From positions 3,552,001 to 3,616,000 of the forward strand of contig CBDHHL010000032.1 of NCBI GenBank assembly GCA_965263355.1: a stretch of 64,000 bases of DNA, read 5' to 3'. Below the pieces are notes generated by a model that searched no databases, had not been told where the DNA came from, and worked only from the letters and a program-made list of their open reading frames with translations. Position 1 is the stretch's first letter, and each line of letters starts with the position of its first letter. This stretch comes from Leptolyngbyaceae cyanobacterium (GTDB lineage Bacteria > Cyanobacteriota > Cyanobacteriia > Phormidesmidales > Phormidesmidaceae). The position numbers and the translations under genes are program-made. Below, piece by piece: positions 39,863-49,355 of this stretch.

Positions 39863-41695
39863 TTGGATGACATCAGGAGGCATGTCGTGGTCAAGTTGCT
39901 CAATATTCTTCGATACTACCAGCAGTACTGGCTAATTACAGTGTTGAGTGCTGCTGCTATGGGAGCATTTGAGATTCTAGATCTTTTTTTGCCCTACGTA
40001 ATTGGTCAACTACTCAATATTCTTTCGCAACAAACTTTAGATAGACCCCTGGAGAACGTTGTTATAGTAATTGCTGAGCTGTTACAACAACCGTATACTC
40101 CAACATTTTCACTATTGGTATTGTTGAGTCTGGTGGGTTTGCTTTCCATTGGACGTGCGCCCGTGCAGCCCTGGATTGGCCCTTGGTTTAACTGGGATAC
40201 TGCTCTACGTGCCCGGCGGGATCAATCCCGTCGTTCTCTGGAGAAAATTTTGACCCTGCCGCTTGAGTTTTACGATGAAAACAACCCAGGACGAATTTCA
40301 GCACGGGTGGCTAAGGGGTTGGCTAACTATACCTGGACTTATCCCGAAATCGTGGGCCAGTTTATCCCGAAGATTTGCCGCATCTTTGGCATCTTTATCG
40401 TGATTGCCTGTATTAATTGGACTATTGCCTTGGTGGTTTTATGTTCGTTTTTGGTGATTGTTGGCTACAGTTTTTCTCGCCTTATGGGCTTGTCCAATCA
40501 GGAAGAGAAACTAGATAAATACGTAGAAAATACCGAGAGTCGCACGTCGGAGATTATTACCAATATCAAAACGGTCAAGGCGTTTGCTGCAGAAAGCCGA
40601 GAACTTGAGCGGCAACAACAACGATTGGACCGAGAATTTAAGGTGTTTGACTATCGTATTCATTTGGGATACATCAAGCTAAGTACCTGGCAGCGGACGA
40701 TTGTTCAAATATGCACGTTTGCCGTGCTGGCTCTGACACTATGGGCAACGGTGCAAGGGAGTATTTCCTTGGGCCATTTTGTCACCATTCTGACGTTGTC
40801 TAGCATGGCCTATGCCGAAATTGATCCCATTTGTGATCTGGCGGAAATGTTTGTGCGTCGTTATGGTGCCATGGCGCGATTTCAAGAGTTTTTGGCGCTG
40901 TCGCCAGGGATGGATGCAGGGCAGCTGATGGGGGATGTGCCAGACTATCGGTTTACTGGCAAGGTGCACTTTAACCAGCTTTCCTTTGGCTATGTGGCTG
41001 ATAAGCCTGTTTTGAAGCACATTCAGCTGTTGATTCAACCCTATCAAACGGTTGCTCTAGTAGGCCGTTCAGGGTCTGGTAAATCCACACTGGTCAAGTT
41101 ACTGTTTCGTTATTTTGAGCCCGATAGCGGTGCGATTTTGATCGATGGTCAGGACCTGCGGCGTTTGGATATTACTGGCTATCGGCGGCGACTAGCGATT
41201 GTGCACCAGGAGGTGGATATTTTTAATGGCACGCTGATGGAAAACCTGTTGTACGGTAATCCAAATGCCACTGTGGAGCAGGTACAGGAGGCGTGTAAAA
41301 TTGCCCAAGCCCATGACTTTATCGAGCAGATGCCCAAGGGCTATCTGACTACGGTGGGTGAGCGGGGTGTGCGGCTATCGGGCGGTCAGCGTCAGCGCAT
41401 TGGCATTGCTCGGGCGTTGATTATGGAGCCAGATGTGCTGGTGTTTGATGAGGCTACCTCTAGTCTGGACTATGAGTCGGAACGAGCAATTCAGGTGGCG
41501 ATGCGATCGCTCTTTGGTACCCGCACGCTGATTATCATTGCCCACCGACTTAGCACCGTTCGTGAGGCCGATCAGATCGTGGTGCTAGACCAGGGGCGCA
41601 TCAGCGAAGTCGGTAGTCATGATCAGCTACTGGCTCAAGCCGGTCTTTACCAGCGACTCCACCGGTTACAAGAAACAGGAGAACTACTGGGGTAA
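39863..41695 (+). CDS. ABC exporter (fused TMD and ATPase)
   Basis: GRSGSGKST, LSGGQRQR, DEATS. Confidence 0.95.
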   Translation: MDDIRRHVVVKLLNILRYYQQYWLITVLSAAAMGAFEILDLFLPYVIGQLLNILSQQTLDRPLENVVIVIAELLQQPYTPTFSLLVLLSLVGLLSIGRAPVQPWIGPWFNWDTALRARRDQSRRSLEKILTLPLEFYDENNPGRISARVAKGLANYTWTYPEIVGQFIPKICRIFGIFIVIACINWTIALVVLCSFLVIVGYSFSRLMGLSNQEEKLDKYVENTESRTSEIITNIKTVKAFAAESRELERQQQRLDREFKVFDYRIHLGYIKLSTWQRTIVQICTFAVLALTLWATVQGSISLGHFVTILTLSSMAYAEIDPICDLAEMFVRRYGAMARFQEFLALSPGMDAGQLMGDVPDYRFTGKVHFNQLSFGYVADKPVLKHIQLLIQPYQTVALVGRSGSGKSTLVKLLFRYFEPDSGAILIDGQDLRRLDITGYRRRLAIVHQEVDIFNGTLMENLLYGNPNATVEQVQEACKIAQAHDFIEQMPKGYLTTVGERGVRLSGGQRQRIGIARALIMEPDVLVFDEATSSLDYESERAIQVAMRSLFGTRTLIIIAHRLSTVREADQIVVLDQGRISEVGSHDQLLAQAGLYQRLHRLQETGELLG

Positions 41696-41718
41696 AGAGG
41701 AGATGGGGGATGGATAGA

Positions 41719-42519
41719 TTATGTTATTTTTGTTTGGGCCACGATGGGGCCGTTAGGCTGCGCAGGAACTATGGTTGATTCCACCGTTACGATCACATCT
41801 TTGACCCAAGGTTTGGATTGATAAACCTTAGGCATGTCTAATGTGTCGAATGCCTGACCCTCTGCATTGGCTTGAAACTCGCCACAGGGAATATATTCAC
41901 CTTGGCGCACGACCCATAGGGCATAGGTTTGAGTTTCTGGGAGGGGGGGGAGATTTTGGAATGCGATCGCAGCCCTTAAGTTATCTCTGTTCACAATCAT
42001 ATTGCCAGATACCTGGCCGTTGTTATCCGTGCCTTCAAAGTCGTAAAACTGTGTGGCAGGTTGTTGCAAAATTGTCTGAGCTTCCTGAGCAGGCAGGGTG
42101 GCTGAGAGTTGTTTGTCTAACTGTTGATTGGCCAACCGTAGGCGATGGTTGTTAAGCCCTAAAGCTATTGACAACAAAGCGGTCGCTGTGGCTAAAGCGC
42201 CTAACCCCCAAGTGAGGCGTAATAAACGCCTGGAATTGCTCTGGGCATTCGATGTATTGGCAACCGGTGTATCAACAGCCAATGCCTCTGTGGACGGCGT
42301 CTCAATGGCCGCCAAGATCGAGGTTTTTAGCCGTTGAGGGGGAGCCTCTAGGGGGAGTTCATTGAGAATTAACCCGACGGTCTTTTCCAGCCGGTTAACG
42401 GTTGTCCTGAGTTCAGAGCTGGTGTCGATCAACCGAGCAAATTCCATCGCATCCTCGGAAGAGAGACTGCCAGCTATATAGTCGGCGGCTAGTTGGTCTA
42501 ATCGTTGTTCAGAAGCCAT
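41719..42519 (-). CDS. Anti-sigma factor (RskA-like)
   Basis: LAADYIAG.L, PPQRLKTSIL, single TM, LPPLP..QTYALW, VTVE..P..P.GP. Confidence 0.9.
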   Translation of the reverse strand: MASEQRLDQLAADYIAGSLSSEDAMEFARLIDTSSELRTTVNRLEKTVGLILNELPLEAPPQRLKTSILAAIETPSTEALAVDTPVANTSNAQSNSRRLLRLTWGLGALATATALLSIALGLNNHRLRLANQQLDKQLSATLPAQEAQTILQQPATQFYDFEGTDNNGQVSGNMIVNRDNLRAAIAFQNLPPLPETQTYALWVVRQGEYIPCGEFQANAEGQAFDTLDMPKVYQSKPWVKDVIVTVESTIVPAQPNGPIVAQTKIT

Positions 42520-42557
42520 GGGTCACAATCGGTAATTAATCGAAAAAAGATAAACAG

Positions 42558-43148
42558 CTAATCGACTAAGTCGTAGAGTACAGTTTTCAGTTTGAGTAAG
42601 CCCTGACGCATGCGAGATTTGACTGTCCCGAGTGGAATATTCGTATGTCGGGCAATTTCAGATTGGCTGAAGCCCTCATAATAGGCCAGTGATAATAGGC
42701 TACGCTGATTATCAGGGAGTGTTTGTAAGGCCTCGCGCACCCGTTGAGAGCGTTCTCCTATAGACGCTTGTTCGACCGGTATGGAGAACCCATCGGTTGG
42801 TTTAGGCTGGGGAGCCATTCCCTTCAAGATACGCTGGCGATTGCTATGGGTACGCACACGATCGATGGCACGATTGCGGGTGATGGTGCTTAAAAAACTG
42901 CTGAGGGAGCTACGATCTGGCTCGTAGGTTTGCTTTTGCCAGAGGTTAACAAATATTTCTTGAGTAACGTCTTCAGCTTCTGAGCCATTATTGAGAATGC
43001 GAAAGGCAATGGTATAAACTAGCCGCGAATAGCGCTCATATAGAACGGTCAATGCAGCCTTATTTCCTTGTCGCAGGGATAAGACTAATGCCTTATCAGG
43101 AGCATCTGTCAAATCTGACGATTGACCTGTGAAATTATCTAAGGGCAT
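42558..43148 (-). CDS. ECF sigma-70 factor (SigK-like)
   Basis: LYERYS, AEDVTQEIF, RNRAID, AYYEGFSQSEIA...PLGTVKSR; likely start is the ATG at 43148. Confidence 0.95.
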   Translation of the reverse strand: MPLDNFTGQSSDLTDAPDKALVLSLRQGNKAALTVLYERYSRLVYTIAFRILNNGSEAEDVTQEIFVNLWQKQTYEPDRSSLSSFLSTITRNRAIDRVRTHSNRQRILKGMAPQPKPTDGFSIPVEQASIGERSQRVREALQTLPDNQRSLLSLAYYEGFSQSEIARHTNIPLGTVKSRMRQGLLKLKTVLYDLVD

Positions 43149-43274
43149 AGGCTCAGTACCTATGAGGTAATAACTGGTATAGGGATGAAATATAGGGGTT
43201 TGTAATGAGACAGGTTTCGAAAAAGTGAGTAGCCTCCCAGTCATTGGCGGCACTGTTTAAAGGTCATCCATAAA

Positions 43275-43299
43275 TACGAATGAAATGTCTATCTGGATG
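43275..43299 (-). promoter_or_regulatory. Candidate autoregulatory ECF promoter
   Basis: Minus strand CATCC-N16-CGTA pointing at the sigma gene. Confidence 0.55.
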
Positions 43300-43355
43300 T
43301 GTCTAACTAAATTTCGATTTTTGGGTATTTAATACGAAGGTTTTGTACAAGAAAT

Positions 43356-43381
43356 AGGTGAGCTATGTCAATAGCTCACCT
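43356..43381 (-). terminator. Terminator after the RTX gene
   Basis: AGGTGAGCTAT-gtca-ATAGCTCACCT followed on the minus strand by ATTTCTT. Confidence 0.65.
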
Positions 43382-43467
43382 TAGTACCCTGAACTTATGA
43401 CTCTGGGAGGGGGTTTCAAATAGTGCTCGATAATGCTAGCAAAGCATTGATCACTATTAGTCACCCC

Positions 43468-44610
43468 TTATATATAGATAAAATCAAATGCTGTGTTCAC
43501 GTTAGTAGTGTCCTCCAGGACGCCAATTAAGTCACTGTTATAGTAAATTAACGTGTCTAGGTCGTTTGTCCCTGAAAAGTTCTGAACACCCAGACTATAG
43601 GAGCTTTCAGTGCCAGCTAAAGCGATTAGATCCCCTTCTAGACTATTGAAGTCTGTAATGGTTGCATAGCCAAATCCTTCATAGTAGGCTCCAAACGAAT
43701 CGCCCAAGAAGAAGGCATCCGCCCCAGTTCCACCGCTGAGCAGGTCGTACTCTGCTGTAGTAAAACCATAGCCAAATAGGAAATCGTTGCCACTTTCTCC
43801 CAGGAGAGTATCACTACCAGATCCTCCTGAGATGACATCGCTGCCTGTAAAGCCCAAAATGAGATCGTCACCCTCTTCGCCAAATAATTCATCATCACCT
43901 GCACCGCCATCAATGGTGTCATTTCCACTACTAGCTTCGATGAAATCGTTGCCACCAGAGCCATCTATAATATTATTGAGACTGTTGCCAACAATGTTGT
44001 CAGCTTGAGTTGTGCCAATCACATTGACAAAATTCTCAACGGAGAAGGTTTGCGTGCCGATGAAGGGGATATTATTGACTACCAGGCTATTGGCCTCTAA
44101 GTCGATGGTAAAGAAGACCTCGGTGCTATCCCCAGTGGAGCCATCAATCAGGTTGTTATATCCGGTAGCGCCAATGATTGTCTCTACACTAGCGGACTGG
44201 TCAACGCCTGCTGTACCTTTGTTGATAATGCCTTGTGCTTCCAGACTAATGGCTGTACCGAGGAAGCTATAGTCAACAACGTCCAATCCATCACCACCGT
44301 CCATGATGTCATTGCCAGTACTGCCAATCATATAGTCATCATCGGCTTCACCATAGAGAGCATCGTTGCCATTACCGCCATCGAGGGTATCGTTACCCAC
44401 ATGCCCCATTAGTAAGTCATCGCCATCTTCACCAGCCAGTAAATCATTACCATTCCAACCGTCTAATGCGTCATTGCCCGTAAATCCCAGCATCGTATCA
44501 TTGCCGTCATTGCCAAAGAGATAGTCATTGCCATCAAGACCGTCAATTTGATCATCGAGTAAGGTGCCGAAAAGAGTGTCGTCAAAAACTGAACCAGTAA
44601 AAATTGCCAT
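43468..44610 (-). CDS. RTX/hemolysin-type calcium-binding protein
   Basis: Many GGxGxDxL nonapeptides; very acidic; type I secretion-like C-terminus. Confidence 0.9.
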   Translation of the reverse strand: MAIFTGSVFDDTLFGTLLDDQIDGLDGNDYLFGNDGNDTMLGFTGNDALDGWNGNDLLAGEDGDDLLMGHVGNDTLDGGNGNDALYGEADDDYMIGSTGNDIMDGGDGLDVVDYSFLGTAISLEAQGIINKGTAGVDQSASVETIIGATGYNNLIDGSTGDSTEVFFTIDLEANSLVVNNIPFIGTQTFSVENFVNVIGTTQADNIVGNSLNNIIDGSGGNDFIEASSGNDTIDGGAGDDELFGEEGDDLILGFTGSDVISGGSGSDTLLGESGNDFLFGYGFTTAEYDLLSGGTGADAFFLGDSFGAYYEGFGYATITDFNSLEGDLIALAGTESSYSLGVQNFSGTNDLDTLIYYNSDLIGVLEDTTNVNTAFDFIYI

Positions 44611-45011
44611 TTTGCTACTGAATGTTATTTTCTCTTTTTAGTGGACGTGAGTTTATAATGGTCCCCGGTGATAAATGTGATGTTTTGAAACGTGCTGATA
44701 GCCTCTGAGTCGGAGGTTTTTTTGAGAGACTAAAAACAGTTCATATGTGAACTAAGCTCAACATGTTTTTACAATAGGAAAACTATCAATAAGAAACACT
44801 TGATTTTTTGTCTAAAATTTTTGGCAGAATCTGTAAGGTTTACTTGCGTAAATCTACACTTTGTTGAAAAGGCAGGTAATTCGAGGGTTGCCTAAGTTGT
44901 TGTGCTTAGGCAAATAAGAAGCAACTGATAGTTCTGCCAGTGAGTATGAAGCACTCTGCAATTGTGTTTGCACGAAAATACAGGCAAAAGGCGCTGTATA
45001 AATATGAAGGC

Positions 45012-45054
45012 CCAGATGATGAGATGCAGTGACTAGCTTGCTCTCATCATCTGG
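45012..45054. terminator. 13-bp hairpin downstream of the endonuclease gene
   Basis: CCAGATGATGAGA-N17-TCTCATCATCTGG. Confidence 0.45.
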
Positions 45055-45105
45055 ACAGTCTCTATCAGCAGTTACATCAGTGCAGGAAAGAGGCGGGCTA
45101 TTAGA

Positions 45106-45594
45106 CTAGGGCCTTTTAGGTATGGCACCAGCAGGAATGAGCCATTTAATATGGCGTTTCCCTGCAGCTGAAACGCTTTTTTTCTTATCTTGATTGCTAC
45201 CGGATGTCAGCATATCCAGGTTGGTTCTAAGGAGGCCAGCCTGGAAAAAATCCTTATCTTCATCAATCCTTGTCAGTAAGCAAATTTCACCAAACGCCTC
45301 GGGGGGAATCATCCATGTTTTACCGATCGTTGCTTTTGAATCAAACTCAATATCAGTGACATAAAAGTCGAGCTTGTTGCCTCTATCCCAAACAAATTCA
45401 TGCCCCAGATAGGCTTCAACTTTCATTCCAAAAATCGTTTTTTCTGCCTTTTCAGCTTCAGCTAGTCTAGTTCTACCCATTTTTTCTGCGTCAATCACAT
45501 AGTCCATGGCTTCGCGAATGACTTTGCCATATCTCAGTTCAAAGTCATCAATTGTTCTGAGTATGGTAAACAGAGTTTGCAGAGCGTTATCCAA
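45106..45594 (-). CDS. NaeI-family type II restriction endonuclease, catalytic domain only
   Basis: EKT..G..VE, LDF, FDSK, WMIPPE..G.ICL and AGL mirror the NaeI Endo domain; TTG start; divergent from a C5 methyltransferase. Confidence 0.8.
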   Translation of the reverse strand: MDNALQTLFTILRTIDDFELRYGKVIREAMDYVIDAEKMGRTRLAEAEKAEKTIFGMKVEAYLGHEFVWDRGNKLDFYVTDIEFDSKATIGKTWMIPPEAFGEICLLTRIDEDKDFFQAGLLRTNLDMLTSGSNQDKKKSVSAAGKRHIKWLIPAGAIPKRP

Positions 45595-45747
45595 AGGCCT
45601 AAATCCACGAAGACAAACACGATCGCCTCACAGTTTAACAAGTTTCTTTGATATTTCAGTTTCTTAGGCATGATTAAAGGTGAAAATATTGTTTTTCTCT
45701 CGATACACCTGTACTATAGAAATAAGCTACTTTTGAAAGTTCAACCT

Positions 45748-46764
45748 ATGCCGTTGGAGGCATCTGTGTCACAAGGATTCACCTCAATTGAAATTTGTGC
45801 TGGTGCCGGTGGTATGGCTCTAGGATTAGAACGTTCTGGATTTCAGCACCTTGCGGTTTTTGATAATGATAAGCATGCTCATGCCACGCTTTTGCACAAT
45901 CGACCACAATGGAATCCTCAGCTACGAGATGTAAAGTCACTTGATTGTTCTCATTATCAAAATATTGATCTGTTTGCAGGTGGAGTGCCGTGTCCTCCGT
46001 TCTCAATTGCAGGTCAACAAAAAGGGGGGAATGATGAACGTGATCTGTTTCCCGATGCACTGCGATTAATTAAGCAAACGCAGCCTAAAGTAGTGATTTT
46101 AGAAAATGTACGCGGTTTCTCAGGAGCGAGGTTTGCCGATTATCGTCAGCACCTCATTAGGGAGCTAGGACATCTAGGATTTACAACTCAGTGGCGGGTG
46201 TTGAAATCCTCCGACTATGGTGTGCCGCAATTGCGTCCCAGATTTATTCTGGTTGCGCTTCAACAAGAATATGTGCCATTTTTTGCATGGCCTGATGCTA
46301 TTCCTGATCCACCAACTATTGCTGATGTGATCGGTGATCTAATGGGGGCAGATGGGTGGCCAGGTATCACTGGGTGGATGAAAAAGGCTCAGTCGATTGC
46401 TCCAACGTTGGTGGGTGGGTCTAAAAAACATGGTGGGGCTGATCTGGGGCCGACCAGGGCTAAAAGGCAATGGGCAGAGTTAGGTGTGGATGGTAAAGGA
46501 ATCGCTGATGCTCCACCTGGGAGTGAAGATCCTGTGGATAAATTAACGCGTTTGACAATTCCTATGGTTGCAAGGTTGCAAGGGTTTCCTGACGATTGGG
46601 CCTTTCAGGGTGGAAAAACAGCGCAATATCGTCAAATTGGGAATGCTTTACCGCCGCTTGTTGCTCACAATGTTGGGATGGCTGTTAAGCACGCTCTTCA
46701 GAAGTTTGAGCTGGAGGTGACTGTGGATAAGCAGCTTGAGCTAGCAGGAATGAATGTAGCGTAG
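45748..46764 (+). CDS. DNA cytosine-5 methyltransferase, M.NaeI/M.NgoMIV-like (probable GCCGGC target)
   Basis: EICAGAGG, GGVPCPPFS, ENV, PQLRPR, TRD APTLVGGSKKHGGADLG, YRQIGNA; likely ATG at 45748. Confidence 0.92.
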   Translation: MPLEASVSQGFTSIEICAGAGGMALGLERSGFQHLAVFDNDKHAHATLLHNRPQWNPQLRDVKSLDCSHYQNIDLFAGGVPCPPFSIAGQQKGGNDERDLFPDALRLIKQTQPKVVILENVRGFSGARFADYRQHLIRELGHLGFTTQWRVLKSSDYGVPQLRPRFILVALQQEYVPFFAWPDAIPDPPTIADVIGDLMGADGWPGITGWMKKAQSIAPTLVGGSKKHGGADLGPTRAKRQWAELGVDGKGIADAPPGSEDPVDKLTRLTIPMVARLQGFPDDWAFQGGKTAQYRQIGNALPPLVAHNVGMAVKHALQKFELEVTVDKQLELAGMNVA

Positions 46765-46804
46765 TGTCTAAAATAAGATTTCGATTAAAGTGACGATACA
46801 ACTG

Positions 46805-46858
46805 TTAGGTTGCCATCAGTTTTGTCTCTGCAAGTCAGCTACCCAATCAAATTCCTTA
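46805..46858 (-). pseudogene. 3' remnant of a vapC copy
   Basis: GAATTTGATTGGGTAGCTGACTTGCAGAGACAAAACTG aligns with the intact vapC end GAATTTGATCGGGTCGCCAACCTGCAGATACAAAACTG. Confidence 0.75.
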
Positions 46859-47088
46859 TTGTTCTGGTTCACTCGACGGCAGAAGATCATCGCGATAGCT
46901 TTCAAAGGCTAGAAAATCAGGCATTTTTGGTAGGCCAAAATGGCATCCGGCCACTTTGAAATGGATGGATTTTGAATGATTTGTCGTAGTACTTGCAGAA
47001 TTAGTCTCTTCAGAGAAATGTTAGACTTTGCTGCCTGACAGGTTAAGTTTTGTTCTAAGTCTGAGGGGCAGTCAATGATTATTTGCAT
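46856..47088 (-). pseudogene. Frameshifted antitoxin paralogue
   Basis: MQIIIDCPSDLEQNL...WPDAILAYQK / PDFLAFESYRDDLLPSSEPE versus the intact gene at 48433-48669; 1-nt loss in an A run. Confidence 0.85.
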
Positions 47089-47181
47089 AGGTTAATGTGA
47101 AATATAAACGGCAATACGAGCAACCTTTTTACTCACATTGTCTCTTATCAGATTCCATTTTTCACGATAAGAAGTGATGTA

Positions 47182-47302
47182 CTATGAATTGTCATATTCT
47201 ATCCTCGCCTCTTAAGGAATTTCTGAAGGTTCTAAAACAACATCTTCGTAAAGCTCAGCAAAGGTACCTGTAAAGTCAATACTCTTCAAAGCAGATGTAT
47301 AA
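47182..47302 (-). pseudogene. 3' remnant of a Uma2 gene copy
   Basis: LKSIDFTGTFAELYEDVVLEPSEIP*EARIEY versus intact LRSIDFTGTFVELYEDVVLEPSEIPEDVRVEY. Confidence 0.85.
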
Positions 47303-47679
47303 GCTTTTTGTGTTGTCACTTCAAGTTGTTGTTTAACAAAGTATTATCTGTTATTTTTGCAGTTAGCTAGATCAATTTTTTTATGGTACCTGTAGGTACA
47401 CGTATATTAGGTACACGTATATGTTGCCATATCAAAAGTTTGTAGCGTCAGTCTAGTTGTTACTGATGGGATTGGCGAGCTAATGAGAGTACATGGATAA
47501 CCAGGTATAAAGCGTTGGAAGCATTGATAATGTCTATTCTTTGCTTCATAGAAGTATCAAGTCTTTAAAGATTTTATTCCAGAGTGCACCTATTTTAAAG
47601 ATTACACTATTCCTACCTGTAGGGCTTTTTAGATTGTGCACACACAATTTATATCCTCTGCTGGGTACCTTAAGCCCAC

Positions 47680-47967
47680 ATGGATAATCTTTATAACTTG
47701 AAAAGTATGTCAAACTTTATCCACAAGAAACCCTCGAAAGTTAGGATGTTTCTGATAATCGCTGTCCTCAGCTTTAGCTTTATCCTGGCTGTCTACTGGA
47801 CCGCTACACAACAGGGGACTGCGCTACACCTGATTAAGTGGCAAGTAGCTATGTTTGACGGGTACTATATCAAATTAACGTTTGCTCTCGTGTTGTTGAC
47901 AATCCTGGTGCCTTGTTTGCCCATAGCGTTTGTGTTGGGCTGGTTATGCGACAGGCTAGGTTTGTAG
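47680..47967 (+). CDS. Small hypothetical membrane protein
   Basis: 95-aa ATG ORF with two hydrophobic segments and no competing gene. Confidence 0.55.
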   Translation: MDNLYNLKSMSNFIHKKPSKVRMFLIIAVLSFSFILAVYWTATQQGTALHLIKWQVAMFDGYYIKLTFALVLLTILVPCLPIAFVLGWLCDRLGL

Positions 47968-48028
47968 TGTGCCTGTGTTGTGAATTAAGTTATGGTGCGA
48001 TCGCTATTTGGCTAAAACTCTTTAAACG

Positions 48029-48433
48029 TTAGGTTTGTCGCCAGTTTTGTATCTGCAGGTTGGCGACCCGATCAAATTCTTTTTGGTTGGCTGTTACCAT
48101 GATTAGGCCATGACGCAAAGCTGTGGCTGCAATTAGAGCGTCGTAGGCTCCAATGGGCTTCCCTTGTTTTTTCAGGATTGAACGAACTTGGGCAGTTTGT
48201 TCGGCATCCTCCTCACTGAATTTCAAAATGGATACAGAGTTGAGTAAGCTAGTAATGGCAGGCTCAATTTTCTTCGCTCGTTGGGGATTGTTGAGTAGGC
48301 CATAGCGAAGTTCCATTACGGTGATCACTGAAACAGCGATATCGGCAGGAGACACCTGCTTAAGGCGAATTTGGGTACCTGGTTCACCTTTGATAAAGTC
48401 GCTGATAACGCAGGTATCGAGGAGATATTGCAT
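48029..48433 (-). CDS. vapC: PIN-domain toxin
   Basis: YLLDTCVISD, ELRYG, PIGAYDALIAATA, VTANQKEF. Confidence 0.95.
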   Translation of the reverse strand: MQYLLDTCVISDFIKGEPGTQIRLKQVSPADIAVSVITVMELRYGLLNNPQRAKKIEPAITSLLNSVSILKFSEEDAEQTAQVRSILKKQGKPIGAYDALIAATALRHGLIMVTANQKEFDRVANLQIQNWRQT

Positions 48434-48669
48434 CAGAATAACTCCGGTTCGCTTGGAGGTAAAAGCTCATCGCGGTAGCTTTCGAAGGCTGGGAAATCAG
48501 GAATTGCTTCGTAAGCAAGGATTGTGTCTGGCCATTGAGGAATGGATGGTTTTTGGGTGATTTGCCGCAGTACTTGAAGGATCAGTGTGGGCAACGGAAC
48601 GTTTGATTGTTCTGCTTGACGGATTAAGTCTTGTTCTAAATCTGGGGGTAAGTCAATTGTGATTTGCAT
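48433..48669 (-). CDS. Antitoxin of the vapC pair
   Basis: 78 aa, RHH-like start MQITIDLP.DLE; 1-nt overlap with the vapC start. Confidence 0.85.
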   Translation of the reverse strand: MQITIDLPPDLEQDLIRQAEQSNVPLPTLILQVLRQITQKPSIPQWPDTILAYEAIPDFPAFESYRDELLPPSEPELF

Positions 48670-48705
48670 CGCTATTCTTCATAAATTTTGTTATTTCAGA
48701 GCTGT

Positions 48706-49311
48706 CTAACCATACTCCACTCTCACATCTTCAGGAATTTCTGAAGGTTCTAAAACAACATCTTCGTAAAGTTCAACAAAGGTCCCTGTAAAGTCAATAC
48801 TCCTCAAATCAAAGGTCTCATCTTCTGATGTATAAAACTGCAAAACCCAGAGTCCAGAATCATTACGGCGAAAAATCTCCACCCGCTGATGTCGAGTGTT
48901 GATCAACACATATTCTTGCAAACTCTCTAATGCCTGATATGTCAAAAATTTATCGCCCCGGTCAAAGGCTTCTGTCGATTTAGACAACACCTCAACCACT
49001 AACTTGGGCAACCGCTTATAAGTATCCGTTTCCTGATCACGTGGATCACAGGTAACCATCACATCCGGATAAAAAAAGCGATTCCGTGTCTCCACACGTG
49101 CTTTCATATCAGAAATATACAGACGACAGCCCGTGCCCCGTATGTGTGTTCGCAGAGCAGCGAATAAGTTACCTGCTATAGTCACATGGCTATCACTAGC
49201 CCCAGCCGTAGCATAGACTTTGCCATCAGTGTACTCATGTTTGATGGAGCTTTTGGCTTCTAGCTGCAGATAATCATCGACACTTAGATACTGCTCGGGT
49301 AAAGCAACCAT
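48706..49311 (-). CDS. Uma2-family endonuclease
   Basis: KHEY.DG, YPDVMVTCD, VVEVLSKST...DRGDK; likely start MVALPEQ. Confidence 0.95.
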   Translation of the reverse strand: MVALPEQYLSVDDYLQLEAKSSIKHEYTDGKVYATAGASDSHVTIAGNLFAALRTHIRGTGCRLYISDMKARVETRNRFFYPDVMVTCDPRDQETDTYKRLPKLVVEVLSKSTEAFDRGDKFLTYQALESLQEYVLINTRHQRVEIFRRNDSGLWVLQFYTSEDETFDLRSIDFTGTFVELYEDVVLEPSEIPEDVRVEYG

Positions 49312-49355
49312 GGCTACTTTGGTTAGGCTTCTACATAGTCCCATTGTAGCCCCAG

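Noticed and set aside
47393..47422. 15-bp tandem duplication TAGGTACACGTATAT x2 (similar 10-bp duplications near 19203 and 56243)
   Set aside because: Two-copy duplications that look like replication slippage, with no further structure.
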